Of a stretch of DNA of 64,000 nt, positions 1 to 12,725 are shown piece by piece. The stretch is from the NCBI GenBank assembly GCA_010015585.1, contig ML975156.1. One strand, written 5' to 3'. Source of the stretch: Eremomyces bilateralis CBS 781.70 (taxonomy: Eukaryota). The position numbers were made by a program, and so were the translations under genes. The notes beneath the pieces are model-generated. The model was not told the DNA's origin. It did no database searches and saw nothing but the letters and a program-made list of their open reading frames with translations. How positions within the stretch are numbered: position 1 is the stretch's first letter; each line of letters starts with the position of its first letter.

Positions 1-3000
1 TGCAAGAAGTATCCGACGACTTCCTCTCAAAACTCCTAGCACTCGATGCAATTCGCGAGCGTTATCCATATGTTTCACATGGACCTCCTGACCAAGATGA
101 TATCCCTTCCTTTACCAGCATGCATAGCGCTGTCGCCCTCAGCCGTTGGAATTTCAACTGGTATTCGCTTCCATTCAAGCGACAACACAAAGGAGCTGTC
201 ATCATCTCTATTCCAGAGATCTATAGGGAGGATGAAGACGAAGCATATCCCCTGGTTATTGCTGGTATCCACTTGGTCTGCGGACTGACTGATGAATCTG
301 TCGCTGCGAAGAAGTCACAGCTGGCCACTCTGATATCTCATCTTCAAAAGCACCATCCATCGAATCCGTGGATAGTTTCTGGCGGCTTTAATCTCACGAC
401 CTCTGCATTTACCATTGATCAAGCACTGAAAACCAAGTCCATCTCCTTGCAGGCTGTCTCAACCCTCGCTTCACTCGACCACATGCTCTTCGACGCCTCT
501 CTTCAGGATGCGTATTTTCTCGCTCCAATCAATTCCACCAGCGTGAGTAAAGTCCGCCTCACCCATGCGGCGATGGAGGAGCTGTACGAAGGCGAACAAG
601 GCGCAACTTTCGACCCTCTTCATAACCGTATCGCAGCCGACATAGTTGGTACGGGCATGAACCGTCGTCCCCAACGGTATGATCGGATATTGTTCAAAGA
701 CGCCGACGTTTTGCGTCTCGGCTCGTTCAGTATGTTTGGATTGCCGGAAACCTTACGGGAAGGAACGGTAGGCAACGATACCCCCAAAGGGAAGGAGCAG
801 TCACCGCAAATCGGCTATGGGAGCGGTCACTGGGGTGTCAGAACAACATTCAATGTTGCATGCAAATCTGATTCTACAGACAGCGCATCGCTATCGCTAA
901 AGCACCCATCTTTCGTTATGCCTCCGGTACCGGCCACCATTGTTACCCACCCTCTGGATGACTTCAACGCAGTTGTCGAGTGTCTGAGGCAGAATCCTTT
1001 GCATCTCACTACAGAAGACCAGGCCAAACGCACCGAAATCTATGTTCTGCTGAAAATGATCCTGAACCAGACTCTATCAGGAACCCCCAATGCTCAACAA
1101 GGCGCATCATTTGTCAAGTTTAAGATAGAGCTAGTCGGATCTGGGGCGCTAGGTACTGCAGACGCCTTGTCCGATATCGATATCATCTGCCTCGGTGCTG
1201 TCAGCCCACCCATTTTCTTCTCCCTCGCTATTAGTCGATTAAAGAAAGCGAAAGACAATCCCTACAATGTCACGATCCTCAGAAAGGTCGATGCTTCAAG
1301 CGGTACAATGCTTGAACTTCTCGTTCGGGGAATTCGGGTCGATTTGCATTACTGCACCGCAACCAAATTCCTAGAAAGGTACGTATCTCCTGAACAAGCT
1401 GGTCCAGAGTTTTGGTTACTAATACTTGCTTCAGGTGGCCTGAATCGATTTATCTGGCTCACAACAATCTAGCTTATCGCTTGTCGGGCCAGTCCATCGA
1501 CAAGCTTCAACCGTTGCGAGACATCCTCTACCTCAAGCGGACGATCCCGGATATGGCCAAGTTCCGCCTAGCAGTGCTCTTCCTCAAGGCATGGGCGAGG
1601 GGTCGAGGCATCTACAGCACCAGATTCGGATACTTGGGAGGTGTCCACATCACACTCATGCTGTCCTCCATCTACAAATCTCTGCTCCACCAAAGGGGTC
1701 ATGACCTGTCGATTCCGGGATTGATTGGGACGTTCTTCACCTACTACAGCCAATTCGATTGGAATAAATACATGGTGTGTGATCCGCATATGCCATACGA
1801 TGGCCGGTACTTCAGATCAGCTCAGGAACCTATGGTCATCCTGACGATGCACGCGCCAAAGAAGAATGTCGCAAAGTCAGCAACAGTGCCGACCGTGAGG
1901 GCGATCGTCTTTGAACTCTCACGCGCCGCCCACGCAGTAAGAGCGTACACCGACCCCTTGAAGTGGTTCAACTATTGCACTACTAGTTCTGAGCTCCGAG
2001 GGCCCGACTCGTTGGTTCTGCCACGTCGAGGCAAAGTCCTCTCTTGGCCCGACTTTCTCGACGACCCCGACCATGTCGATCCAAGTCGCGCTACGGGAGC
2101 TTCCGAGTTTCTTCGCAATTCTAGGACTCTTCTGCAGATAAATGTCCACTATTGGGGTGGGTCAGTGGTGAAAGGGGGCCAATTTCTCGGCTGGCTGGAG
2201 TCAAAGTTGTTGACGATATCTGTCGGTATGCTGGAATCGGTCTGGAAGGCGTCTCGGGGTTTAGAGTTGACATTTTACAGAGCTAAGCAAGGCCATCGCA
2301 CCGTACTTTTGTCGAATTTGGCCTGGTCGGTTCGCACAACCTCCCCTTCTAGACTCAACTTCCTACTTTGGCTGTTATTTATTATCCATACGGCGATGCG
2401 CTCGGACAGATGGCCTGTTCCCATCTACTACGACTGTATCAGTTGCGGTTACGGAGATTTTGAGCCAATTTTGCGAAAAGTTCTGCGACCAGATCCGTCA
2501 GAATGAGAAGTATTACGATCCCGCTTCATGCGGGATCGATGCCGCACTAGTGTCTGGAAAGGAAGTCCAAGATCTCGTGCTCGATACAAGGAACTGGGGC
2601 ATGCACGCCGCAGAGGATCTTCCCCCTGATGACGAGTTCGGGGAAGAGGATGATTTGGTGGTCGATGGCGACCCTTCGGCAAACGAGCCGAACAATCAAT
2701 CTGGGCACTTAGCCGGCGGCCCGAGACAAGACTCAGTCGTTACCGAACGTGCTGGCCCGGTTCCTCAAACATCCCACGCTCCGTTGCGAACGTCAGCCGA
2801 CGTCCTCAACCGCATTCTCTGGGACGAGATCATGGACACTGACGACTATGTCATCGGCTATGAAGATCGATTCCTCGGGGTCCAAGAGATACCCGCACGG
2901 CGGTGGAAGAAGAACACGACGGATGAAGAGTTCATTCCGATGCATCGTGTCGTCTATTTCCGCAGGAAGAGTGACGACGTCAAGGTCTGGGATAAGCCAA

Positions 3001-3119
3001 GTAGGACGGATTTGGTGTTTGGTACGGGCTTGACTTCTGACTCTCAGAGGGAGTCGCTTCCTCGTCTAGCTCTGCGAGTTGACGAGGATGCTTGCTTTTT
3101 GCCACAGGGGATTACTTAG
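1..3119 (+). CDS. 5'-partial multidomain protein: endonuclease/exonuclease/phosphatase (EEP) + poly(A) polymerase-like nucleotidyltransferase + C-terminal MJ1316 (RNA cyclic-phosphate end recognition) domain
   Basis: The frame is open from the window start (QEVSDDFL). EEP-like motifs are GGFN, RYDRILF and SGHWGV. The NTase motif is GSGALG..SDIDI..RVDLHY. The PAP central-domain motif is KAWARGRGIYSTRFGYLGG. The MJ1316-like tail reads LRTSADVLNRILWD..IGYEDRFLG..FIPMHRVVYFRR. Introns at ~1379-1434 and ~2226-2280 join ORFs 120, 1412 and 2460. Confidence 0.85.
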
Positions 3120-3585
3120 AGCGAGTGAATTTTAGTGGCTGCTGTTCTCTTGAGACTAGGAGAGTCTTTATATTCTAAACATTCGCTCGTATTGTGTGCT
3201 GTCTTTGATCATATTGTCCGTATCATGCCTATTGTGCCATACAATGAGAATGCCTTCCATGGTGGTCGTGCAGGTGGAAATAGTAAACACTACAATTTTG
3301 TCCATTTTGAACCATCCTGAACATCTCAAAATTCAAGTGAAGTGAATGCGGCGTTTGATGTCCCGTCACGGTCGGCTCCGAATTCCTATTCGCGTTGGCA
3401 ATTTCCCGCGATATCGGCCCACCTTGCCGACTCCACGTTTATGGGGAAGCCGTTCACGGTTCCGCATCATTTCGTAATTCGCCTCCCGAGCCGAGGGCCT
3501 GATGGATCAACATTAAATAAAACCAATATCATGAACCGCCATATTTGAATTGTCCGCTTGGATTTCCAAGACCGCCCAGCAAACA

Positions 3586-5190
3586 ATGTCGTTCTCTATT
3601 CCTTCTATAGCCCTGCGCCGGGCATTCCCTCGGGTTGCTCACACACACGCCACGCGATGCAGGCGGCTGGCCACTACAGCGGATCCAAAGCTGCCGTTGG
3701 CTGGTATGCGGGTGTTAGATATGACCAGAGTTCTGGCAGGTGTATGTAGTCTTCCATATTGACGACCTCCTCCCCTACGCACCGACTAATTCCTCCTTAG
3801 CCATACTGCACACAGATTCTAGGAGATCTTGGGTATGACCCAGTATGAGTCAAGCGTACGAGGTGGTCAGAGGCGATAGTGCTAATTCGTAATGACTTGA
3901 AGGGCCGAAGTCATCAAAATTGAGCACCCTATCCGTGGGGATGACACAAGAGCTTGGGGTCCGCCGTACGCGAAATATAAGGATCTCACGAACCAACATG
4001 CGCCAGGGGAGAGCGCCTATTTTCTTTCCGTATGCTCCCCTCCGGGATTCAATGCTCTCAACTTACCCTATGAAAGGTCAACCGAAACAAGAAGTCTCTG
4101 GGACTCTCATTCGCCAGCCCGAAAGGCGTCGAGATCCTCCATCAACTGGCGGCGAAATGCGATATCCTGGTCGAGAACTACCTCCCCGGGGGGCTGAAGA
4201 AATACGGCATGGACTACGAGACGCTCTCGAAGATCAATCCGAAACTTATCTACGCGAGCATTACCGGCTACGGGCAAACGGGGCCGTATAGCAACCGAGC
4301 GGGCTATGATGTGATGGTCGAAGCGTAGGTGCTCTCTACCTTTTCCATCGACTCGCTCTAACATTCTGCAGCGAATTCGGACTTATGCATATTACCGGCG
4401 CACGAGACGGCCCACCGGTCAAAGTGGGCGTCGCAGTCACGGACTTGACTACGGGGTTGTACGCATCAAACTCGATAATGGCAGCGTTGCTCAGCAGAGC
4501 AAATACCGGGAAGGGACAGCATATTGACCTGGCATTGAGCGATTGCCAAGTTGCCACCCTCGCCAACATTGCAAGCTCAACCCTTATTAGTGGAGAGAAG
4601 GACTCCGGGCGGTGGGGCACAGCGCATCGTATGTCTCCTTTTATCCATGCCGCTGTCCCCTTGTCCCTCGCTGACCTATATTAGCGTCGATCGTGCCATA
4701 CAAAGGCTTCGCCACCGCGGACGGCGACATTCTCATTGGCGGCGGCAATGACCGCCTATACGGCATCCTCTGCCAGAAGCTCGACCGACCAGAATGGGCG
4801 ACCGATCCCCGCTTTGTGACCAACGGCCACCGCGTCCAAAACCGCAAAACTCTCGAATCCATGATCGAGATCGAAATGCGGCGCAAGACGACCGCCGAGT
4901 GGCTGCAGGTCTTTGAAGGGAGCGGTATGCCGTATGCTGCCATCAATGACGTGCAGGCGACGCTGAACCATGAGCATGTGCGCGCGCGGAACATGGTGGT
5001 GAAGGTGCAGCACGAGGCGTGTGGGGAGATGGAGTTGGTGAATACGCCGGTAAAGTTCTCGGATAGTCAGCCGGGGGTTCGGACGCCACCGCCGACGTTG
5101 GGGGAGCATACGGATGAGTTGTTGAAGGAGTTCACCAATTTGTCGGAGGAGGATGTGAGGGCGTTGAAGGAGGAGGGGATTATTGCATAG
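3586..5190 (+). CDS. Mitochondrial CoA-transferase family III (CaiB/BaiF; succinate-hydroxymethylglutarate CoA-transferase-like)
   Basis: Motifs PLAGMRVLDMTRVLAG, IEHPIRGDDTRAWGPP, SITGYGQTGPY, KVGVAVTDLTTGLY and PPTLGEHTDE. Arg-rich presequence; about 5 introns. Confidence 0.92.
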
Positions 5191-5653
5191 GCATCCTGGA
5201 CTTATACCCTACCACATGGAATTTTTACCACAACTCCGGGGGCTTGCATTACGCAATATACCATTAGTCCGAACTACCATGGTCTACTGGGACCGACGCG
5301 ATCATGAACATATTTGTGTCTATAGTCTTCCCTAACAGTATGCAAGGAGATTGGAAACCGTTACAAGAAACATTTGCTTGAAGCGGTAGCGTCGTTTTCA
5401 GCTTCCCTTTCCATCAAGATAACTGTTATGGATCTCACATTTTGGTTGAACTGATAGTGGTGGTAACGAGTAAACCTTTCCTAGGTACGAGTAAAGAAGT
5501 TTCCAAGAGGCTTGATAGGTATGTGGATATATTTAAGCAGGATAGGTCATGTAACCAAAGGAAATCAACAGGGATCCCTCACAGCACCCTATCACTCTTT
5601 CTGACGTGTTTTACTGCATCGCACAAGTGCTTTGGGCCTTTCCCGGTCGCGTA

Positions 5654-7949
5654 CTATGACAGCGTGCAGCTTCCGTTCCGTTCTTGCGTCGGCGGCGGGA
5701 CGTCCAACGCCGGATTTTTGTCGAAGAAGTTGACTGGCTTCAGGCAAACCCTCAGCGTATCGCAAGGCATGACTGGGAAATCTTCAACTCGGGGTATCTG
5801 TTATCACACGTTAATGACACTCTCTTTCGGTTGCGTAGCTACGGGGATTATATGTTGCTTACGTGGTTGATTGCGAATTGGATCCAGATCACAATGTCTT
5901 CATTGACGACTTTGTCTTTTCGATTTGCCCATGTCCTAAGTCCATCCCCTCCTCTTGACTGGTTAGTGTACCGTCCAGCAGCATAGAGCTCGTTCTTCTT
6001 GTATTTGGTCACATAGATGTTGTGGTCGGCAAACGGGGTGCGTTTGTAGTTGTATGAGCCGGGGTCGGCAATGATCTTTTGGAAATCCGGCACCACGACC
6101 TTGTAGCCAACAGGTTCCTTGTTGACCGGGTTGAGCACCTGGGAGTTCTGAATTTTGAATACTCGGCCCTTGGAGCTGTCCAAGTCGAACCCCCCGGACT
6201 TGTAAATGGCAGTTTCCTCGGTGTAGTACCCGGTTCCGTGCAGGTTGAAGTCGGATCGTGGTATCCCAAGGGCCTCCTCATATACTACACGGTTCTGAAT
6301 ACCGTCGATCATAGGGTCCAATCGAAGGGAGAAAAAGTGCTGATGGTGAGAGGCCAATACTCCGGGATGCATAAAAGTGCCCCAGGGGACTGATATATCT
6401 TTGTCAATCGGCTGCGTTGAAAGAATTCCCGTCGCCCGGACCTCGTAGCTAATCTCTCCTGCTTGGTTGAAGACGAAAGCGAACACGTAGTCATAATTGT
6501 TAAGGGTTATGATTGATTGAAGAACCAGTTCGCGATTTCGGGTAATTCCAGCGTTTCCCGTCCGAGGATTCGTATGTTTCCAACCGATACCATTGTCCTG
6601 TATGAAGAGCGTGAATATTCGAAACAGTGGTACCAATCTGCCAGAGGACTGACCTGTTCATGGATGCAGATGCAGTTCTCTTTCAGCATGACATCCCCAT
6701 CCCCAGTGGAAAGATATGCCGAAAGGTAGTAGATAGCGCCCAGACAATCGCACCCGAGCTTCAAATTGTTGGCCGAATATCCTGCCCCGTGATCTCCAAG
6801 GTCAAAGGCACATTTCCTATGAAATGGATTTCGCGGGTCGGCGTAAGAGACGTTTAGCTCAGACAAGGAAATGCGATAAAACAGCGGTCGGCCATCATAC
6901 CGGACCTATTCTTATATCAGCCGAATGCGGAAGCAGGTTAGGCCACTCTTTGCCAGAGACTGCGGCGAATAACATACATCGTACAACATCATTCCCTCTC
7001 TTCCGTTGAAGTTGATTCTGAAGTACCACTTCTGCCACTTTAGTGTTTGGGAGCCCGACTCTTCACCGATCTCAAAGCTAGCTCCATCGGGTTGAATGAC
7101 GATGAGTGGTTTCAGGTCCTTTCGGAGAGTTTGGTACTGGGGCATGTACTCATTCGGTGGAGGCGGCTTGTATTGTTCTCCGGGTTTCAGAGTACGATCG
7201 GCTCCGGTGGGAAGTCGATCAATTCTTATGATTCGTTGGCCGACAGCTTCCACAACAGGAGATATAGGCAGAGGGAACGCATAGTAGTTGGAATCGAGTT
7301 CGGACGGATTCCCTGGGTCTCTAAGATAGAGATAGCACTGAAACATCCTTCTGTAATTATTAGTCGCATCCGTACCTAAAATTCCAGACTGTCAATTAAA
7401 TTCTAGGACTCCTTACGACATCCATTGATAGAGAACCAATACGTACCATATATCCATACAGCACAGACTACCAGTGACATGTCGTCGATCCCAAGATTCC
7501 GGATCTCTTCATTGACGTTCGAATCTTCAAGCACCAACTTCTTGACGGCCTCGATTTCCAGCTCATCGGGCCGTCCATGGACATTCGGTCCCAGCTGGCG
7601 ATTGTAAACCACCGTATCTTTCGTGACATTGAGTAGCGCTTCATAGGGTTGTTCCTAGTTTCTGTCGGCGACTACCTAATTGAAGGCAGGAGGGGCGACA
7701 TACGTTCCCTTTGACATAGTAGGATACAATACTCTCCCGATCGATGACAGGTGGAGTTGGCCTCCTTGAATGCTCCGCATCGAGGAACTCCAGTACGAGT
7801 TTCTTGTTGGGTTCGTTTAAGGTGATAGACTTGAAGTCCAATCCGAACTCAGGAGGGTGTAAGGCTCGAACCAATACGCTGGACCGTCTGATTTCGTTGG
7901 CAGAGAGCTGAGAGAGGGGATGGACACGAGGTGGGGAGGGATTCGACAT
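5654..7949 (-). CDS. Copper amine oxidase (TPQ-dependent)
   Basis: N-terminal [31 protein letters not shown] motif TLNNYDY, Cu ligands HHQH, and [12 protein letters not shown]. Multi-exon; stop TAG at 5656-5654. Confidence 0.92.
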
Positions 7950-9284
7950 TTTAGACCATGGTAGACTAATATAAGAATATAGGGAGGAGTAGGTGATGGT
8001 AAATGCTTCACAACACGTAGTGTAAGACTTGTACAAGAGAAGACCCGATATATGTAGAATGGCAAGACAACGATTTAAATACCCGGAGGAAGGAGCATCC
8101 GCGATGATAGGATCAGAGCACATACCACCATTCAATGGATATTTATTCATTCCACGTAGTATCTTCTAGAAATACCGTTTTAGCACCTATCAACCGTAGT
8201 TGTGGTTGCCTTGAGACAACAGTGAAGAAATGATGAGAGTTCAAGGCTGATTCTTTGACATGCTGGAATCATAGATCCTTTAACTTAAGCGCAAAGGGTG
8301 GCTAGTATTACGATTCCGCGAATGAGTGCGATGATAATCCCAGGGTTGCTCGGATCGACACCGGGGACCTCCGCTTAGTGTTGCACTCGTACTCCCTGAT
8401 ATTGAGCTATCGGGCGCGGATGATGTCCTACTGTGTTGTCTCGGGGTCTCGGAGTGCCAAGGAAACCGAATGATTTGATAGAGCCAATTCAGACACCCTA
8501 GCTGTTGACTTCGTTGCTCCTTCGATTCAAGATAGCGGGAATCTAGAACCGACCTTGATATAGAAATAATGTAGTACGCTATCGACCGCATTGAGATCAT
8601 TTTAGTAGAAAATCCCATTTGGCAGATGTGAAGGAAAATCTCGGTAGCATCGATTCCGTACGAGCAAGGAAAAGTGATAAACAAGCTGATATTGGCCAAC
8701 ATGCCTGTAGGCAGTACTGCTAGGTCTGGAAGATACTCCGAGACACAGAGGTTGTAGAGCCTAAACAGGTTTGTTGGGTACTCACAAGGTCTAGGAAAGA
8801 TAATCATCCGTTGATGGGCTCTTGAAGCTTCATTCATAACTTCTCCATACTCGACTTGGTTATAGTTAACAGCATTACCAGATCTTCTACAGGAGTAGTA
8901 GAAGCAGAGTGAAGAGCCGTTGGAGCTCCAGGAGACAATGCGAGGACTGTGGGCGGAGTCTCAAACCATCTCGATGGGGAAGGCAAAACCATTTGCCAGT
9001 CGGATAATTCAAGATCGGATAGTATTCAACAGCAAGTTTCATGCTGATCTTGAATACGCAGCTTCAAGTCAATCAGGGAATTTGCACGTGACCGTCTAAA
9101 AGTTTCAGCCACAGTGTGGCACGGCACGGCACTGTGTGTCCAGCTGGCTCCAGAAACCAATGATGCAATATATCGTCGTGATATTCCGCCTTGCATTTCA
9201 ATTCAAGAGCCTGGCTACTCCACACCCACGCTTTATACATTTTCCGTCTTTCCCGATCGATAAGCCCTCCACCATCCCTCCACT

Positions 9285-10387
9285 ATGGGAAACGACGGCG
9301 GAAGCATCCCCACGCGGCGCGAACTCGTGAAAGAAGCCGCCAAAACCCCAACAACCACGCAACTCAAAGAGCGCGCCGTCGAGGCGCAATCCTACGGCTG
9401 GTCGACAGATCCATTATCCCGTAAGCCCTTACAGCCTCCGATCGTCAGCGATGCATCGGGGAAACTGTACAACAAGGACTCAGTCCTCGAGCACCTTCTG
9501 TCCGCGAACGCTGAGCCGGGGTCGCTGGCGGCACGGAGGAGGGAGGAGGCGGAGACGATCTTGGAGGGGCGGGTGAATGCGCTGAGAGATGTGGTGGGTG
9601 TGAAGTTGGAGGAGAGGGGTGATGGGGAGGAAAAGAGATTTGTGTGCCCGATTAGCGACAAGGTGCTGGGACCCGGGACGAAGTGTGTGTATATTGTTCC
9701 GTGCGGGCATGCGTTTTCGGCGGTGGCAGTCAAGGAGGTTGCGGGGGAGAAGTGTCTTGTGGTAGGTGATCTCTCATTTATTTCCTGCCGAGCTCCGACT
9801 GGGTAAAGGAGTCATGGAAGTCGGAGTATAGCTGACCAAAAGCACAGTGCAACGAGCCATATGCACCGAACGATATCATCCCGATTCTGCCAACCGATCC
9901 CCTCGACCTGGCGCGATTGTCGCTAAGAGTGAAGATACTCAAGGAGAGAGGACTATCGCATTCGCTGAAGAAGCTTCCGGGCTCCAAGAAGCGCAAGCAG
10001 GCGGCAGCAGTGGCGGCCACCGCAGCAGATTCAGATTCAGCTCTGAAATCCTCCACCTCCACCACTGTACCCGACACCGACATCACCCCGTCCACCGCTA
10101 CCACCACCGCCCTATCTTCCGCACACCCGACCACCCCACCCACCACATCCCGCGTCCCTCCCCCAACGACTGCCAAATCTACCGAAAGCATCCACAACGC
10201 ATCCACCCGCGCGCTAGCCAGCAAGGTGCTCTCGGAGCAAGATCTCGCGAACAAGCGACGAAAACTACAAAAGAACGAGAACTTGGAGAGCTTGTTCTCG
10301 AATAGAGGGGAGGGTGCGAATAAGGCGAATACGAAGGATTTCATGACGAGGGGGTTCTCGATTCCGGCGGGGGCGAAAAGGACGTAG
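9285..10387 (+). CDS. RTF2: Replication termination factor 2 (Rtf2 RING-like) homolog
   Basis: Diagnostic N-terminus MGNDGGSIPTRRELVK; CPIS..PCGHAF..CLV|CNEPY; C-terminal DFMTRGFSIP. One intron at ~9762-9847. Confidence 0.93.
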
Positions 10388-10845
10388 GGTTGGGGGTAGG
10401 TTGGGGGGTGAGTGTGGGATGTGGGGGATGAAGAGATCACGAAGCTATATTTTCTGGTGCATTTGATGGCGTTAGGGTTGGCTTTGGGATAGAGTGACGA
10501 TACTAGGCTTTTCATGACCATGGACGGCAGGTGGTGCAACGAGGGAGCAACTTTGTACACAAATGACTGGAAGGCCTGACTGAGAGATTCATCAGATGAT
10601 CAATAGCACTAAATCATGCTAGCTGCTATAGGGTATGCATATCGTTTAAACACCCTCTCGCTGTGTCCCTTCTCTGCCATCGCCGTCAATCGGTTCCCAA
10701 TGCTGCTGGAGGAGATTAAACATGAACATAAAGAACTCGTCGCCGTGCCGCTCTAACCAAAAACCAAAAACCGAACAAATGTTCAATCCCAACGTGAATA
10801 TCGTATGTATTATGATCCCAAACTCCAGGTCATAACCTCCACCCC

Positions 10846-12725
10846 CTACCCAATCTCCCCCAACCACACCTCCATCTTCCCCATCTCCGACCCCTCCATC
10901 CTCGCCACCCTCCGACTCTCCATCACCGCCAACTCCAAATCATCCCGATCGCTCATCGTGATCAAATCCCCCCCCTCCTCCTTCGTCATCACCTTAAACG
11001 CGTTCCGCAACCCGAACTTCATCCGGATCCCGTCCACGAAATCCGCAAACTCCACTGCTGGCCCGATCAGCACGTACCGCGTGTCCGCCGCGTGCACCTT
11101 CACCCGGATCTTCCGCAACGTCACGCTGTTGCTGTTGCTGTTACTATTGCCATTCGACGACCGGTACCCATACTCCCCTCCTCGCCCCCCCGCCCCCGGC
11201 CCTCGCGACCGGGATCGTGACGCCCGCCTCCTCCGCCCCCCCGACCCATTCGTCCTTGCCCTTGAGACCATCTCGAAGTCCGGCTCCGACTCACTCCCGC
11301 CGAACTCGTCCTCTTCCTCGATATACCCAACAATAGCGCGCGGGGCACCGGCCGGGTTTCTCGCCTGAGATCGCCGCGCGCCGCGCCCGCCGTACAGATC
11401 GTACACATCCTCGGTGGAGGCGGTATCGTCGTCGAGGGGATCGAAGGAGCGGCGACGGGGCCCGCGCAGGCGGTCCTGGGAGGGGGTGGCGTAGCGGTCG
11501 TGGTCGCGGCGGGGGCGCTCGGACATGGAGCGCTGGGTGCCGAGGCGGGGAGGCGGGGCGGGGTTAGTGGGTTGGGGTTGGTCGAAGCCGGCGACGGAGA
11601 GGTCGAGTGGGCGGGGGTAGGGGCGGACCCCGTTTTTGACGCTCTGGGCGCGGGAGAGGGGGTCGGGGCCGGAGCGGCGTTTGTCAGGGGGGGGAGGGGG
11701 GCGGGAGTCGACTTCGGGGGGAGGAGTGGGGGGGAAGACTGTGCGGTTGATGGGGGGCTCGGATTGGAGGCGCGTGTTAGAGCGGGAGATGAGGTTGGGT
11801 TTGACGAGGTTGGTGGCGGCGTAGGACAGTTGGGATTCGGGGCGGTCGTCTTTGGCGGGGAGGGAGGTGGCGGAGGCGGCTTTGATTTCGGCGCCGGCGA
11901 AGCCGGTGTAGAGATTGTTGCGGTCGGACGCCGCGACGAGACGGGCGCGGCCGAGGTAGTCTTTGGTTTTGAGGTTTTTGACTTTGGCGGCGTTGGGACG
12001 ATAGATGATGCCGACGGGGATAGAGAAGACGGTGTATCCCTGGATCATGTCAGTCAACATGTTTGGAGAAAGCTTGGAAAGGGGGGAAATTTCGGGGGGG
12101 ATAAGTTACTTACTTCAGCTTCTTCCCGGATAGCGTCCTCAATGACTTCGTGATCCGGCATGGTCTTTTCGCGAGCAGCGAAGGCGAGATCCTGCATACC
12201 CGCCGTCTTTTGCTGTAGGTAAATGTAACATAACCCCCTATTAAAAAGGGCTTCGCAGGAGTGAAGCTTGAATTTGAGGCCGAGCTGCTCGTAGTCGATG
12301 TTATTGTGACCGCGAAGGTACAATAGGGTGTCGTTGAAGTTGGCCAGTGCTTCCTCGAAATCGCCCATGAGGAAATTCGAGACCCCTTGCTGGAAATAGG
12401 CCACGGCCAGGTATTTGTCGAGGGCTAACGCTCTTTGATAGCTGTCCACCTGTGATAAATTAGCCAGATCCTCTATAGGGAAGACCCAATTCTTGACATA
12501 CCGCTTTCTCGTGCTCCCCTAGGGTCGCAAATATCACTCCCATGTTGAACAGGATCTTGGAGGTATCGGCGATATTTCCGAACCCCTTGAGCGCGTCATC
12601 GAACTCATTGTTGTCATAGTGGCCTAGTGCCTGTACCCACGTCTCGATTTCCTTGAGTGGATGTCAATCTCATTTTCTCTCTGCAATATCCCTGATATGT
12701 GACTGCTTACCTGTTTCAGCGACAT
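10846..12725 (-). CDS. noxR: NADPH oxidase regulator NoxR (p67phox-like TPR + PB1)
   Basis: MSLKQ|EIETWVQAL start; YLAVAYFQQGVSNFL, IDYEQLGLKFKL, GYTVFSIPVG..YRPN..KVKNLKTKDYLG; PB1 domain KIRVKVHAADTRY..ITMSDRDDL. Three introns. Confidence 0.95.

Noticed and set aside
5580..5656. Possible read-through of the amine oxidase TAG into a 24-codon extension
   Set aside because: The extension ends in -RVL, which is not a PTS1, and the stop context is not a recognised read-through motif.
8280..9010. 185-aa minus-strand ORF and splice-like signals upstream of the amine oxidase
   Set aside because: No recognisable domain, and the other frames are full of stops. It may be a relic, but I cannot support a call.
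11121..12153. Long antisense or alternate-frame Gly/Pro-rich ORFs over noxR (similar ones overlie uaZ, the BTB gene, NAPE-PLD, ARP6 and the PKS)
   Set aside because: These are shadows of GC-rich, strongly skewed coding sequence that lacks stops in other frames.
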